A stretch of 64,000 nucleotides of DNA, from contig OZ024745.1 in the NCBI GenBank assembly GCA_964016885.1, forward strand, positions 121,396,001-121,460,000, written 5' to 3'. The position numbers and the translations under genes are program-made. This document shows positions 23,770-37,355 of this stretch, piece by piece. Origin of the DNA: Eledone cirrhosa (lineage: Eukaryota). The notes under the pieces were generated by a model. That model was not told where the DNA came from. It saw nothing but the letters and a program-made list of their open reading frames with translations, and made no database searches. Positions within the stretch are counted from its first letter, which is position 1, and every line of letters starts with the position of its first letter.

Positions 23770-24121
23770 CAAAGAGGGTGTGGTAAGATATCAGATGGAC
23801 CAATGTCTTTTATATATATATATACATATATTGAAGCAATATTCCTTCTTATTATCATAAACTAATGATTTACATATCAGCTGCTGCTCTTTGATTAGTT
23901 CTTCCTTAGCTGGTTATTTGGTTTAACTTTCATTTCTTCAGGATACAAAATAAGTTTTAAAAATAATGACTTTCTTAAAAGATTTTTTCATTTCTTATCT
24001 CTCCTTTGATAAGGAAGAACTAAGACATGTTTTAATACTAGTTGCACTAAATAGCTTTATAGACATTGCTAAAGGTCAGAGCAGTACAGTGATTATTTTT
24101 ATGTGCACTTGACTTCTGTTT

Positions 24122-24385
24122 CTGTAGTTCTAAACTAATTTCTGTGTAGTTCTAAATCTAATTTCTGTGTAGTTCTAAATCTAATTTCTGTGTAGTTCTA
24201 AATCTAATTTCTGTGTAGTTCTAAATCTAATTTTGTGTAGGTCTAAATCTAATTTTGTGTAGGTCTAAATCTAATTTTGTGTAGATCTAAATCTAATTTT
24301 TGTTGGTCTAAATCTAATTTCTGTGTAGGTCTAAATCTAATTTTGTATAATTTTAATTCTAATTGTGGATAGTTCTAAATTTAAT
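24122..24385. repeat. 22-23 bp minisatellite, about 11 copies
   Basis: Unit ctaaatctaatttctgtgtagtt. Confidence 0.9.
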
Positions 24386-24996
24386 TTTATGCAGAAGGTT
24401 TACATTTTATATTAAATACTTTATGCACCTACATGAAAAATGAGTTAACCCTTTCATTACCATATTTCAAATGAAGGATACAACCTATGATTTTAAAACA
24501 TTTAAAAAATAATCAGGAATTTGAAGGGATTTAGTAATATAACTGATTTTTTTCATTATTAAGCCAGCTTTTGTAACAATACTTAACAAAATTCTTACAT
24601 AGAGTTATGAAGAAATGTGGTTGGTGTTAGGAATGGCCCTAGAAAACCTGCCAGATAGTCCTATACCAGCGAGACACGGTCACCTGACCAATCTTGCCTC
24701 AAATGGGATAATTCCCATCTAACCTATCCTATGAAGATAGACGTTAAACGATGATGATGATGATGATATACTCTTTAAAATACTCTGAATTGAGAGATCA
24801 CAGCTCTGTTACTATGGACATGTTGTTAGAATGTCTCAGGTAAGAATCACTGGACAGATTTTATGGGCAAAACCAACTGGCAGGAGATCCAGGGGTAGAC
24901 CCCGAGCAAGATGGTTGGATAACATCCATAAGCTTGGCTGGTCACGCTTGATAGAGTAATTGAGCATTGAGGACTGAACATTGTCATATTGGAATA

Positions 24997-26212
<1,216 letters not shown>

Positions 26213-26240
26213 CTCATTGTTGTTTTTCAATATATTTCAG

Positions 26241-26382
26241 GTGCCGGTATAGCCCTCCTCATCATGACCTACATTCGCTGTTTGATGTTTTCAGTAGAAA
26301 TGTCCTATGGTTTATTCTACACATTTGCTTCTCTTCAGCAACCATTTCCCTGGAGTTTGTCCAAGTATAACAAAACCTTAGG
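26241..26382 (+). CDS. SLC6-like exon (TM3 and start of EL2), phase 1-2, 142 nt
   Basis: Acceptor atatttcag, donor GG|gtatgt. Translates GAGIALLIMTYIRCLMFSVEMSYGLFYTFASLQQPFPWSLSKYNKTL(G), similar to GIGYA...YYNVIIAWALYYLFSSF...LPW. In frame with the previous exon. Confidence 0.9.
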
Positions 26383-26481
26383 GTATGTTGACCTTCTTGT
26401 TATTGTTATTGTTCTACATCCTCTTCCTTTTCTACCTTCTCCTTCAATTTATAATCCTACCCACTTTCTTGGTTCATTCTT

Positions 26482-27318
26482 TCATTACTTTTTCAGAACT
26501 GTCATTACTTTTTCAGAACTGTCATTACTTTTTCAGAACTGTCATTAGTTTTTTCAGAACTGTCATTAGTTTTTTCAGAACTGTCATTACTTTTTCAGAA
26601 CTTGCATTACTTTTTCAGAACTGTCATTAGTTTTTTCAGAACTGTCATTACTTTTTCAGAACTGTCATTACTTTTTCAGAACTGTCATTAGTTTTTTCAG
26701 AACTGTCATTACTTTTTCAGAACTGTCATTACTTTTTCAGAACTGTCATTACTTTTTCAGAACTTGCATTACTTTTTCAGAACTGTCATTAGTTTTTTCA
26801 GAACTGTCATTACTTTTTCAGAACTGTCATTACTTTTTCAGAACTGTCATTAGTTTTTTCAGAACTGTCATTACTTTTTCAGAACTGTCATTAGTTTTTT
26901 CAGAACTGTCATTACTTTTTCAGAACTTGCATTACTTTTTCAGAACTGTCATTACTTTTTCAGAACTGTCATTACTTTTTCAGAACTGTCATTACTTTTT
27001 CAGAAGTCATTACTTTTTCAGAACTGTCATTACTTTTTCAGAATTGTCATTACTTTTTCAGAACTGTCATTACTTTTTCAGAACTTTCATTACTTTTTCA
27101 GAACTGTCATTACTTTTTTCAGAACTTTCATTACTTTTTCAGAACTGTCATTACTTTTTCAGAACTGTCATTACTTTTTCAGAAGTCATTACTTTTTCAG
27201 AACTGTCATTACTTTTTCAGAATTGTCATTACTTTTTCAGAACTGTCATTACTTTTTTCAGAACTTTCATTACTTTTTCAGAACTGTCATTACTTTTTCA
27301 GAATTGTGATTACTTTCA
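26482..27318. repeat. 20-bp minisatellite, about 41 copies
   Basis: Unit tcattactttttcagaactg. Confidence 0.95.
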
Positions 27319-27819
27319 TTGAAATAAATATAGTTAGAATGTCTCAGGAAAGAATCACTGGACAGATTTTATGGATAAAACCAACTGGCAGACGACCTAG
27401 GGTTAGATCCGCAAGCAAAACAAGATGGTTAGATAACATCCATGAGCTTGGTTGGTCTTACTTGGGGATCCAATCGGATAAATTGGAGATGGTTGCTTCT
27501 GAAAGGACCAGTTGGAAGGAGGACTTGAGGACTTTGTGCCTACAATCCTCCCTAGAAGAAGAAGAAGAAGAAGAAGAAGAAGAAGAAGAAGAAGAAGAAG
27601 AAGAAGAAGAAGAAGAAGAAGAAGAAGAAGAAGAAGAAGAAGGGGGAGGAGTGAGAGGTAATAGTGTCCTTGTTTTGTTGTTCTGATCAACAGTTGTTAT
27701 AATGAAAATACCCTAAGTCTCAAAACTGTGCTCAAACATCACTACCCCAATGGTGTGGACCTGGATGGTATGGAGGAAGTTTTCTTTGGCATGTGGAAGC
27801 TTATGTAGAGGCTTCCCCA

Positions 27820-27976
27820 TACTCCCAGCAGACAGAGGGGAGAAAACATTATGCCAGAGGATGACGAGGGAATAGTTACTCCAGCATGTGGGGTTCGCTC
27901 CTGCAGGTGGCCAACTCTACTCCTGATAGTAGTAAGTCCAGAGACCAAGAACACCAGAAGTTTTCACTGCTACAGG
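27820..27976 (-). mobile_element. CRE-like RLE 3' fragment
   Basis: Minus strand gives PVAVKTSGVLG...SLVILWHNVFSPLSAG, homologous to 47350-47620. Confidence 0.6.
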
Positions 27977-28354
27977 TTATTAACTATTTTACAAGCATGG
28001 GTATGATTTTGGTTTTAACATTTTTACATTGTTAACCTCTTCAATTCTGTAGACGAGATAACTCATCCTAACATGTATGCATTCCAGTGCCACAGATGAG
28101 ATAACTTGTCCTAGCATGTTTAAACTCTTTTCCAGCAGTTCATAACTTCAAAGTTATGAACTAGTTTCCAAAAGTTCATAACTTCAAAGCTAGATGGGGT
28201 TACTAGTTTATTGATGTGACGTTTGTCAATCAAAATAGTCATTTTACTTTAAAAAAACCTGGCATAGCAACTGAAGCTGTGTAAAATATATGTGGCAGTG
28301 AACAAGTTAAAGCAATTATTTTTTGCATGTGTATTGTTCAAAGGTATTGTTACA

Positions 28355-30290
28355 GTCTGGGCTGCAATAAACAAAATGAAAAGGATAAGGAAGTCAGATC
28401 TACCCAGAAAAATCAAAATATCATTCTTCAGAACATTTGTTGAGTCAGTGTTGTTGTATAGATCAGGTACATAGACCCTGACACAAGCACTTGAGTCAGT
28501 GTTGTTGTATTGATCAGGTACATGAATCCTGACACAAACACTTGAGCCAGTGTTGTTGTATAGATCAGGTACATAGACCCTAACACAAGCACTTGAGTCA
28601 GTGTTGTTGTATGGATCAGGTACATGGACCCTGACACAAACACTTGAGCCAGTGTTGTTGTATAGATCAGGTACATAGACCCTAACACAAGCACTTGAGT
28701 CAGTGTTGTTGTATTGATCAGGTACATGAATCCTGACACAAACACTTGAGTCAGTGTTGTTGTATAGATCAGGTACATAGACCCTAACACAAGCACTTGA
28801 GTCAGTGTTGTTGTATGGATCAGGTACATGGACCCTGACACAAGCACTTGAGCCAGTGTTGTTGTATGGATCAGGTACATGGTCATTGACACAAGCACTT
28901 GAGCCAGTGTTGTTGTATGGATCAGGTACATGGACATTGACACAAGCACTTGAGCCAGTGTTGTTGTATGGATCAGGTACATGGACATTGACACAAGCAC
29001 TTGAGCCAGTGTTGTTGTATGGATCAGGTACACGGACATTGACACAAGCACTTGAGCCAGTGTTGATGTATAGATCAGGTACATGGACATTGACACAAGC
29101 ACTTGAGCCAGTGTTGTTGTATGGATCAGGTACATGGACATTGACACAAGCACTTGAGCCAGTGTTGTTGTATGGATCAGGTACATGGACATTGACACAA
29201 GCACTTGAGCCAGTGCTGTTGTATGGATCAGGTACATGGACATTGACACAAGCACTTGAGCCAGTGTTGTTGTATGGATCAGGTACATGGACATTGACAC
29301 AAGTACTTGAGCCAGTGTTGTTGTATGGATCAGGTACATGGACATTGACACAAGCACTTGAGCCAGTGTTGTTGTATGGATCAGGTACATGGACATTGAC
29401 ACAAGCACTTGAGCCAGTGTTGTTGTATGGATCAGGTACATGGACATTGACACAAGCACTTGAGCCAGTGTTGTTGTATGGATCAGGTAAATAGACCCTG
29501 ACACAAACACTTGAGTCAGTGTTGTTGTATGGATCAGGTACATGGACATTGACACAAGCACTTGAGCCAGTGTTGTTGTATGGATCAGGTACATGAACCC
29601 TGACACAAACACTTGAGCCAGTGTTGTTGTATGGATCAGGTACATGGACATTGACACAAGCACTTGAGCCAGTGTTGTTGTATGGATCAGGTACATGAAC
29701 CCTGACACAAACACTTGAGCCAGTGTTGTTGTATGGATAAGGTAGATAGACCCTGACACAAACACTTGAGTCAGTGTTGTTGTATGGATCAGGTACATGG
29801 ACCCTGACACAAGCACTTGAGCCAGTGTTGTTGTATGGATCAGGTACATGGACATTGACACAAGCACTTGAGCCAGTGTTGTTGTATGGATCAGGTACAT
29901 GGACCCTGACACAAGAACTTGAGATGAAACTAGATGGTGCATACACTAAAATGTTTAGTGTTGTATAAAACATAAACTGGCATCAACATATTTCAAATGA
30001 AAGTTTATATGGAAACTTGCCCAAGATAACAACTACAGTTGCTCAAAGATGGCTACGATGTGCAGCACATTGCTGGAAAAGTAAGCAGGAAGTTATACAC
30101 AAGCTACTATTGTGAGACACCAACTCATGGGAGATGCAGTAAGGGAAGACTTGCTTAAACCTTCATTAATCAACTCTCAGACAATACAAACCTCAGTAAG
30201 GAGCAGTTACCTGAAGCAATGGAAAATTGTGAATTGTGGAGGGACTTTGTCAGGAATGTTCAACTGCGGTATTGATGATGATGATTACAT
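28355..30290 (+). mobile_element. RTE-type LINE 3' part containing a 51-bp tandem array
   Basis: KIKISFFRTFVESVLLYGSGTWTLT...LDGAYTKM...LYGNLPKI, with a (GAT)n tail. A second 3' copy lies at 53210-53522(-). Confidence 0.82.
28440..29923. repeat. 51-bp minisatellite, 29 copies, derived from LINE coding sequence
   Basis: Unit ttgagccagtgttgttgtatggatcaggtacatggacattgacacaagcac. (29919-28440)/51 = 29. Confidence 0.95.
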
Positions 30291-31189
30291 CATTGATAAG
30301 ACAAACATCCAGTAGTACTTTATTAACGTGATTAGCGACAACTGTAGGGTTGTAGTAGTAAGGTTCAACTATAACCCTTGTCTATAGTTTTAAACACAGC
30401 CAAATCTTGACAATTTGCCTCTAAGTAATAAGGATTTCTACTTTTAGGCACAAGGCCAACAATTTTTTTTTTTTGTTCGAATCCTAGTGTAAGACTGGTA
30501 CTTTATTTTATCGACCCTAACCTTAGCGGGATTTGAACACAGATCCCACCGAGGTTAGCTTTGCCTTTCATCCTTATGGGATCGATAAAATAAAGTACCA
30601 GTAACGTACTAGGGTCGATTTGATCGACTTTCCCCTACATAATAATGTATTTTTTATCCACACTGCATATGCAGTCATCTCTCTTGCACTCATTGACCAG
30701 TCAGATCTAATAAAAGATTATCTCTTTGAATTAATGACTCAAGCCATAAAGTTGTTTATTTCTAGATCAACATCAGCCATAAATAAGATGTTATACATAT
30801 TACCCCAAACCCTGTTAGTCTTCCTCTATAGTTAACTATCATGTTTCAATCAGAGAATTGTTATTTTAGAAGAAACATAAATAATCAAAACAAAATCATC
30901 ACAAATTAAGATTTCCTGGCTTAAAATATATAATATATTACAGTTCTGAATTTGATCCCACTTCAAACATGATACAATCATATTCATCACTTTAATTTCA
31001 TTTTCTTTTTTAAATGTTTTCTCATAGGAATCAAGGGAGTAGTTTAAAATCAGGAAAATGTTTTTTAAAAAAGTTTTATTTTTAATAGAGTACATACATA
31101 CAAATAAACACAATTTATATTTTTTTTTAAATGAAGATAAAAGTGGGAGAAGACATCACACACAATAACAAATTCTAATAATTGTTGTG

Positions 31190-31345
31190 GCAGGCTAACA
31201 CACTCTTGCAGCATTGCCACAAATGATAGTGAGGTTAAGATGCTGGAATAACCAAGCAACATCATGGTAAGGTGAGCTGCCAACAATGACAAGAACCTTG
31301 TTGTCAGCAGCCCAACTTCTCCAAATGTCTCAAGTGTCATAGGCT
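31190..31345 (-). mobile_element. CRE-like RLE 3' fragment
   Basis: PMTLETFGEVG in one frame, then WLFQHLNLTIICGNAARV in another. Confidence 0.6.
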
Positions 31346-31418
31346 AGAAAATAGAGGAAAAAAATTTGTTTATGTATTTTTTCATAAATAACCTAAACTG
31401 ATAAGCAGAATTATCATC

Positions 31419-31676
31419 TGTCCCCTCTGTAGACTAGGCTGTCAAAACTATGTCCCCTCTGTGGACTAGGCTGTCAAAATTATGTCCCCTCTGTAGACTA
31501 GGCTGTCAAAACTATGTCTCCTTTGTAGACTAGGCTGTCAAAACTATATCCCCTCTGTAGACTGGGCTGTCAAAACTATGTCCCATCTGTAGACTGGACT
31601 GTTAAAACTATATCCCCTCTGTAGACTGGGCTGTCAAAACTATGTCCCCTCTGTAGACTGGGCTGTCAAAACTATC
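31419..31676. repeat. 32-bp minisatellite, 8 copies
   Basis: Unit tgtcccctctgtagactaggctgtcaaaacta. Confidence 0.92.
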
Positions 31677-32459
31677 TTCTATTCACACCCTGTCTTTTTC
31701 TTCTTCTTTCCTAGAAATAATTAAGTGACTTCCTGTCTTTATTTTAGCAATCTTCGCTTCTTAGATATCATACCTCTTGCATTTCCCTATCAACATAGTT
31801 CTGATTCCCATTGGAATCAGATCACTTACATCACTAAAAATACATGTGAGAAAAGAAGAATCTAAATGATATACGTCTTCATATTCCTTTCTATATAAAT
31901 ATGAAACTTCATGCTTTTGTAAGAAACTGACTAAATATCAAGAGTGATAGAGTTGATTAATATGACAGGGAGCCTAACTGAAATGTTTTATGGTGGCTCA
32001 ATTAGTTCCCTCTGGTTTTGAATTCAAATTGTATTGGGGATTCAACTTCCCCTATCAATTCCTCCAATGGTAGTAACTTAAGAACATATACCATACCTTT
32101 CTCCCTGACAAAGAAAAATGGCCTTTTGCCAACTTAAAAATAAATTATCAGTTTACCTTTTATCTCACTGAGGGTTGAAAAAACATATGCTTTTAGGTAA
32201 TTATTTTACTGGTTTTAAAAATGTACCAGATAACTGTTAGTAGAGCCTTAAATATGAAGCACCATTTTGTTAAGTTAAAATAGACTCCTTACAAACTGAG
32301 TCAGAATCCTGTTATCTATAAATTTCTGTGATTTTGTCACAACACGTAAAGAGAGAGGAGTAGTTTAACTACCTCATACTGCTCCTCTCTCTTTATGTTG
32401 GCTGCCTGTGTGAATGTATGGGTGTGTAAAGGGAAGGAGGGGGTGGTGAAAAAACTATG

Positions 32460-32990
32460 TAGTGTGTGAGTGTATGTGTATGTTTGTGTGAATATATGTG
32501 TTTGTGTGAATGTAAGTGTGTGTTTGTGTGAATGTAAGTGTGTGTTTGTGTGAATGTATGTGTGTGTGAATGTATGAATGTATGTGTGTTTGTGTGAATG
32601 TATGAATGTATGTGTGCGTTTGTGCGAATGTATGAATGTATGTGTGCGTTTGTGTGAATGTATGTGTGTGTTTGTGTGAATGTATGAATGAATGTGTGTG
32701 TTTGTGCGAATGTATGTGTGTGTTTGTGCGAATGTATGAATGTATGTGTGTGTTTGTGTGAATGTATGAATGTATGTATGTGTTTGTGTGAATGTATGAA
32801 TGTATGTATGTTTGTGCGAATGTATGAATGTATGTGTGTGTTTGTGTGAATGTATGAATGTATGTGTGTGTTTGTGTGAATGTATGACTGTATGTGTGTG
32901 TTTGTGCGAATGTATGAATGTATGTGTGTGCTTGTGCGAATGTATGAATGTATGTGTGTGTTTGTGTGAATGTATGAATGTGTTTGTGTG
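32460..32990. repeat. Compound TG/TGAA minisatellite
   Basis: Units like gtgtttgtgtgaatgtatgaatgtatgt. Confidence 0.9.
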
Positions 32991-33464
32991 GCTGTATGTC
33001 TGTGAGTGCGTATTTTTGTGTCTGTGTTTTTCACATTTATATTTATATACTCATACATATAAATGTATGAATATGCACATACACACATGCACACACATAT
33101 ACACACATGCACACCCATATATACACATAAGCACACATACACGTCAGTGTGTGGAAAGAAATGCTAGTCTCTAAAAATATTGTAAAGTAGCAGTAAAAGG
33201 GAAAAACTGTTGGCAATAATTGAAATGTGATTGTAAAACTTCTTTCACCAATAGTTCCATGCTCTGCCTTGTTGGTGTTCATTCCTCAAGTTCTTACATG
33301 TACACTAACACACACATCTTATATATATATCTGCGTCTGTGTGTGTGTAGTTGTGTGTGTGTACATATATATTTGTATATCTTTGTGTATATATACATAA
33401 CACACACATATACACACACACACACACATATACATATACACACACACACACATATACTCCTCCT

Positions 33465-34038
33465 CATCATCATTTAATAGCCATTTTTTTTCATGATAGC
33501 ATGGGTTCAACAAGTTGTCTCATTGTGAGACAAGTCGGATCAGGTAACGCTGTCCTGCTTATACAGAACTGATTCTGGCCTGGTTGTTATGGCTGGATAC
33601 CGTTCCTAATGCCAACCACTTTACAGCGTTTACTGGGGGCTGGGGGAGGTACATGGGCATTAGAGAGGCAGATCTAGGGTGGTGCACTTATCTGGTGAAG
33701 GGGGGATGTAAGGACATGGGAGGTGTATGCTTCAACCCATACACATGGAAAGGCAGGTGTTCAGTATTACTGCATATCACCAAAGATCCCAGTCCTGTGT
33801 TATCGTCTTTGAGAGGTGTAATTGTGCAAGGATAGCTTTTGTCATCTCATCTCAAGTCTTCCTACTCCATAGCTTCCATCAACTGTGAGTGCCCTACATC
33901 TTTTTATACAGTCCACAAGGTAAAGTGGTCATGTAGGAATCACCACAAAAAGCACCCAATACACACTGTAAATGAGGTTAGTGTTAGGAAGGGCATCCAG
34001 CTGTAGAAACCGAGCCAAAATCAGTTCTGTGTGAGTGA

Positions 34039-34069
<31 letters not shown>

Positions 34070-35290
34070 GGAAAAGAGTCAGGACCCCGACGGCTGAGCT
34101 CCAGCCATTTCGACAGTAACTGTTGAAACGGCCGGAGCTCAGCTGTCAGGATCCTGGCTCTTTTCCTATTACCCACTCTACTACCCTAAGTATTGAGTAC
34201 TCTGGTACGTTATGATCCATCTGGTTTCTTACCACACTTTCTTTGTTTATATATATATATATATAAACATATATGTAGATGTGCGTATGTATGTGCATAC
34301 TGACATTAATATATTTTCACTATATATATATATCATCATTTAATGCCCATTTTCCACACTAGCATGGGTTAAACAGGTTGTCCCATTTGAAGCAAGTCAG
34401 GTCAGGTGACTGCATCTTGCTCATATAGAACTGTTTCTGGCTTGGTTTCTACAGTTGGATGCCCTTCCTAATGCCAACCACATTTGCAGTGAGTGCTTTT
34501 TGTCATGACTCCTACACATCCACTTTACAGTATGGGCTGGGTGTTTTTTGTCATCACACCTACAGGACCACTTTACAGTGTGGGCTGAATAATTTTTGTT
34601 GTGATACCAACACGACAACTTTATAGTGTAAGGGTGGTGTGAACATAAGTAGGAGGGTGGGTGTTGAGGCGTGGGAGGTGCATGGAAGGGGGATATAGTG
34701 GTTAAGAGTTGCCTACTATGTTTCAGTCCATATGCATGGGAAGGTGGGTCTTCTGTATTACTGCATAACGCCAAAGATTTCAGTCCTGTGTCATTGTCTT
34801 TGAAAGGTGCAATTGTGCAAGGTCAGCTTTTCTCACATCATCCCAGTCCAACCCATTCTTACTCTGGCAACTGTGCTTTCTGCACAACCATCTCCACAGC
34901 TGATTTGTTCACCCAGATAGCAGAAGCTATCAACTATTTCTATGGGGTCTTCTGTGCAATTGAAGGAGCATGCTACCTCAGGGTCTTCACTTACTACCTC
35001 TGTGCAATGTTCACATATGAAGTCCATGTTTTTTGCTAGTCTGCCTGTTTTCCCACTACATCTCTTGTGTACCCACTGTTTGTATTTGGGACACTGGATA
35101 GAATTTCTACTACTCCTTTCCTGCATACTGAGCAGGGCCATTTCCCAGAGAGTATCAAAGCTCTGCTTCCTTTTCTGTTCACAAGGATTTTGGTCTTAGT
35201 AGGGTGGACTTTGAGGCCTTTTAATTCCAAGTTGTGCCTCCATGTCTGAAATTTCTTCTCTAATTCTGTCATAAACTTGGCTAAGAGAAT
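33465..35290 (-). mobile_element. RTE LINE fragments, family with (GAT)n tail (33465-34030 and 34333-35290)
   Basis: ELEKKFQTW...GKWPCSVCRKG...WVHKRCSG...VDSFCYLG, plus 3' UTR. Confidence 0.85.
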
Positions 35291-35666
35291 CAGTATAGTA
35301 TATATCTTTTCTACCTCACCTCCATTAGTCCAGTTGCCTTTTAATCCGAGTGGATAGCAGTAGGAACATTTTTACTGCAAGATGCAGCCTCATCTCGAAT
35401 TTTGAAATCTTTCTGATGAAAAGCAGTATTTAACATATTGCTACTAAATGGGCATAATAATATTAATATACAACCAGCACTTGTAGACTTATATTGTATT
35501 GAAACATGTGTTAAAGAATGAACATTTGATAAAATCCTTCACTTCTTTTCTATATTTCATGCCTACTGCTTGTTTTTCTTATACATTTAAAAATATATAT
35601 ATATAATATACACGTGGAGAAATATATAAAGGAGAACAAACCGTTAAAACATGTTTATTTAAAATA

Positions 35667-35707
35667 GCACCTACGTACGTTTCGCCCGAAAGGGCTTCTC
35701 AAGGGCA
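35667..35707 (-). ncRNA. Minimal hammerhead variant with U3-A8 core
   Basis: Minus strand reads GCCC-TTGAGAA-GCCC-TTTC-GGGC-GAAA-C-GTAC-G-TA-GGTGC, with AATAAA shortly after. Loop III is the palindrome GTAC; helix I is short. Confidence 0.7.
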
Positions 35708-36212
35708 TAAAAAACTAAAAAGCGTTCCTTACATGAGCCGGAATGGGTTTTTAGAAACAAGTTCACGTCACAGTTCATTCTTCATAAAAAAAACATGTAT
35801 TGATTTTGCAGTAGGTCAAGGGAGATAACTCTAACCAGTGTTAGAGCAGTATTCTCCAGGCGACTTTTTATCCGTTATTACTTTGTAGTTACAGCTTTAC
35901 CATTGTCGATACGCACAGGGTGAGGTAAGCAACGTTATCTTCCAGATGTTTGTTTGCTGCGCCTGCCCGCCTGGGTCGATTCACCCACTAGATATTAACA
36001 CTTCTAATATTTAACACTGCAGCCACAAGCATTGAGCACCCTTTCAATATGCTATTGGCAAATAACTACATGTATCGCCTCTCTCTTCTCTCTCGATACT
36101 TAATTACTCTATATATAATATATATGTACATGTGTGTATGTAAGCTCAAATTACTATATTCCCATTATACCATTATATATATATATGTAATTTCTCTTGT
36201 ACTTTGTTACAG

Positions 36213-36260
36213 GTCACCTTTTACCGGGATATATTCTACAGGTGCTGACCGATACTTAAA
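36213..36260 (+). CDS. SLC6-like small exon (EL2), phase 2-2, 48 nt
   Basis: Acceptor ctttgttacag, donor AA|gtaagt. Translates (G)SPFTGIYSTGADRYL(N) and supplies the SPxEEY/F-like helix just before the VL motif of the next exon. Frame-preserving. Confidence 0.78.
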
Positions 36261-36374
36261 GTAAGTGGACTTTCTATAATCTTAATATAGCATGTGTCTG
36301 GTAATGTGTACATATGTCTGTATGTGTACATATATGTGCTCTTTGGATGTATATATACTTGAAGGCCAGCTGGT

Positions 36375-37355
36375 TGGTTGACTGGATAATGGACTGACCA
36401 GCTTGCTGGCTGGCTGGCTGGATGATGGACTGACCAGCTTGCTAGCTGGCTGGCTGGATGATGGACTGACCAGCTTGCTGGCTGGCTGGCTGGATGATGG
36501 ACTGACCAGCTTGCTGGCTGGATGGATGATGGACTGACCAGCTTGCTGGTTGGCTGACTGGATGATGGACTGACCAGCTTGCTGGCTGGCTGGCTGGATG
36601 ATGGACTGACCAGCTTGCTGGCTGGCTGGATGATGGACTGACCAGCTTGCTGGCTGGCTGGCTGGATGATGGACTGACCAGCTTGCTGGCTGGCTGGATG
36701 ATGGACTGACCAGCTTGCTGGCTGGCTGGCTGGATGATGGACTGACCAGCTTGCTGGCTGGCTGGATGATGGACTGACCAGCTTGCTGGCTGGCTGGATG
36801 ATGGACTGACCAGCTTGCTGGCTGGCTGGCTGGATGATGGACTGACCAGCTTGCTGGCTGGCTGGATGATGGACTGACCAGCTTGCTGGCTGGCTGGATG
36901 ATGGACTGACCAACTTGCTGGCTGGCTGGCTGGATGATGGACTGACCAGCTTGCTGGCTGGCTGGCTGGATGATGGACTGACCAGCTTGCTGGCTGGCTG
37001 GATGATGGACTGACCACCTTGCTGGCTGGCTGACTGGATGATGGGCTGACCAGCTTGCTGGCTGGCTGGCTGGCTGGATGATGGGCTGACCAGCTTGCTG
37101 GCTGGCTGGCTGGATGGATGATGGGCTGACCAGCTTGCTGGCTGGCTGGTTGGCTGGATGATGGGCTGACCAGCTTGCTGGCTGGATGATGGGCTGACCA
37201 GCTTGCTGGATGGCTGACTGGATGATGGGCTGACCAGCTTGCTGGCTGGCTGACTGGATGACGGGCTGACCAGCTTGTTGGCTGGCTGACTGGATGACGG
37301 GCTGACCAGCTTGCTGGCTGGCTGACTGGATGATGGGCTGACCAGCTTGCCAGCT
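36375..37355. repeat. 24-36 bp minisatellite with variable (GCTG)n
   Basis: Unit gatgatgg(a/g)ctgaccagctt(gctg)n. Confidence 0.93.

Noticed and set aside
26482-29923. CRISPR-like appearance of the regular arrays
   Set aside because: The units are head-to-tail with no unique spacers, there are no cas genes, and the context is eukaryotic.
28249-29973. 574-aa and 504-aa repeat-protein ORFs on the minus strand
   Set aside because: They are antisense readings of a 51-bp array derived from LINE sequence. A period divisible by 3 explains the open frames.
31065-31345. Hydrophobic minus-strand ORF with a good acceptor, as a nested gene exon
   Set aside because: It carries CRE-type endonuclease motifs split across frames, so it is a retrotransposon relic.
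36236-37017. 225-aa and 191-aa ORFs on the minus strand
   Set aside because: They are translations of the GCTG-rich minisatellite.
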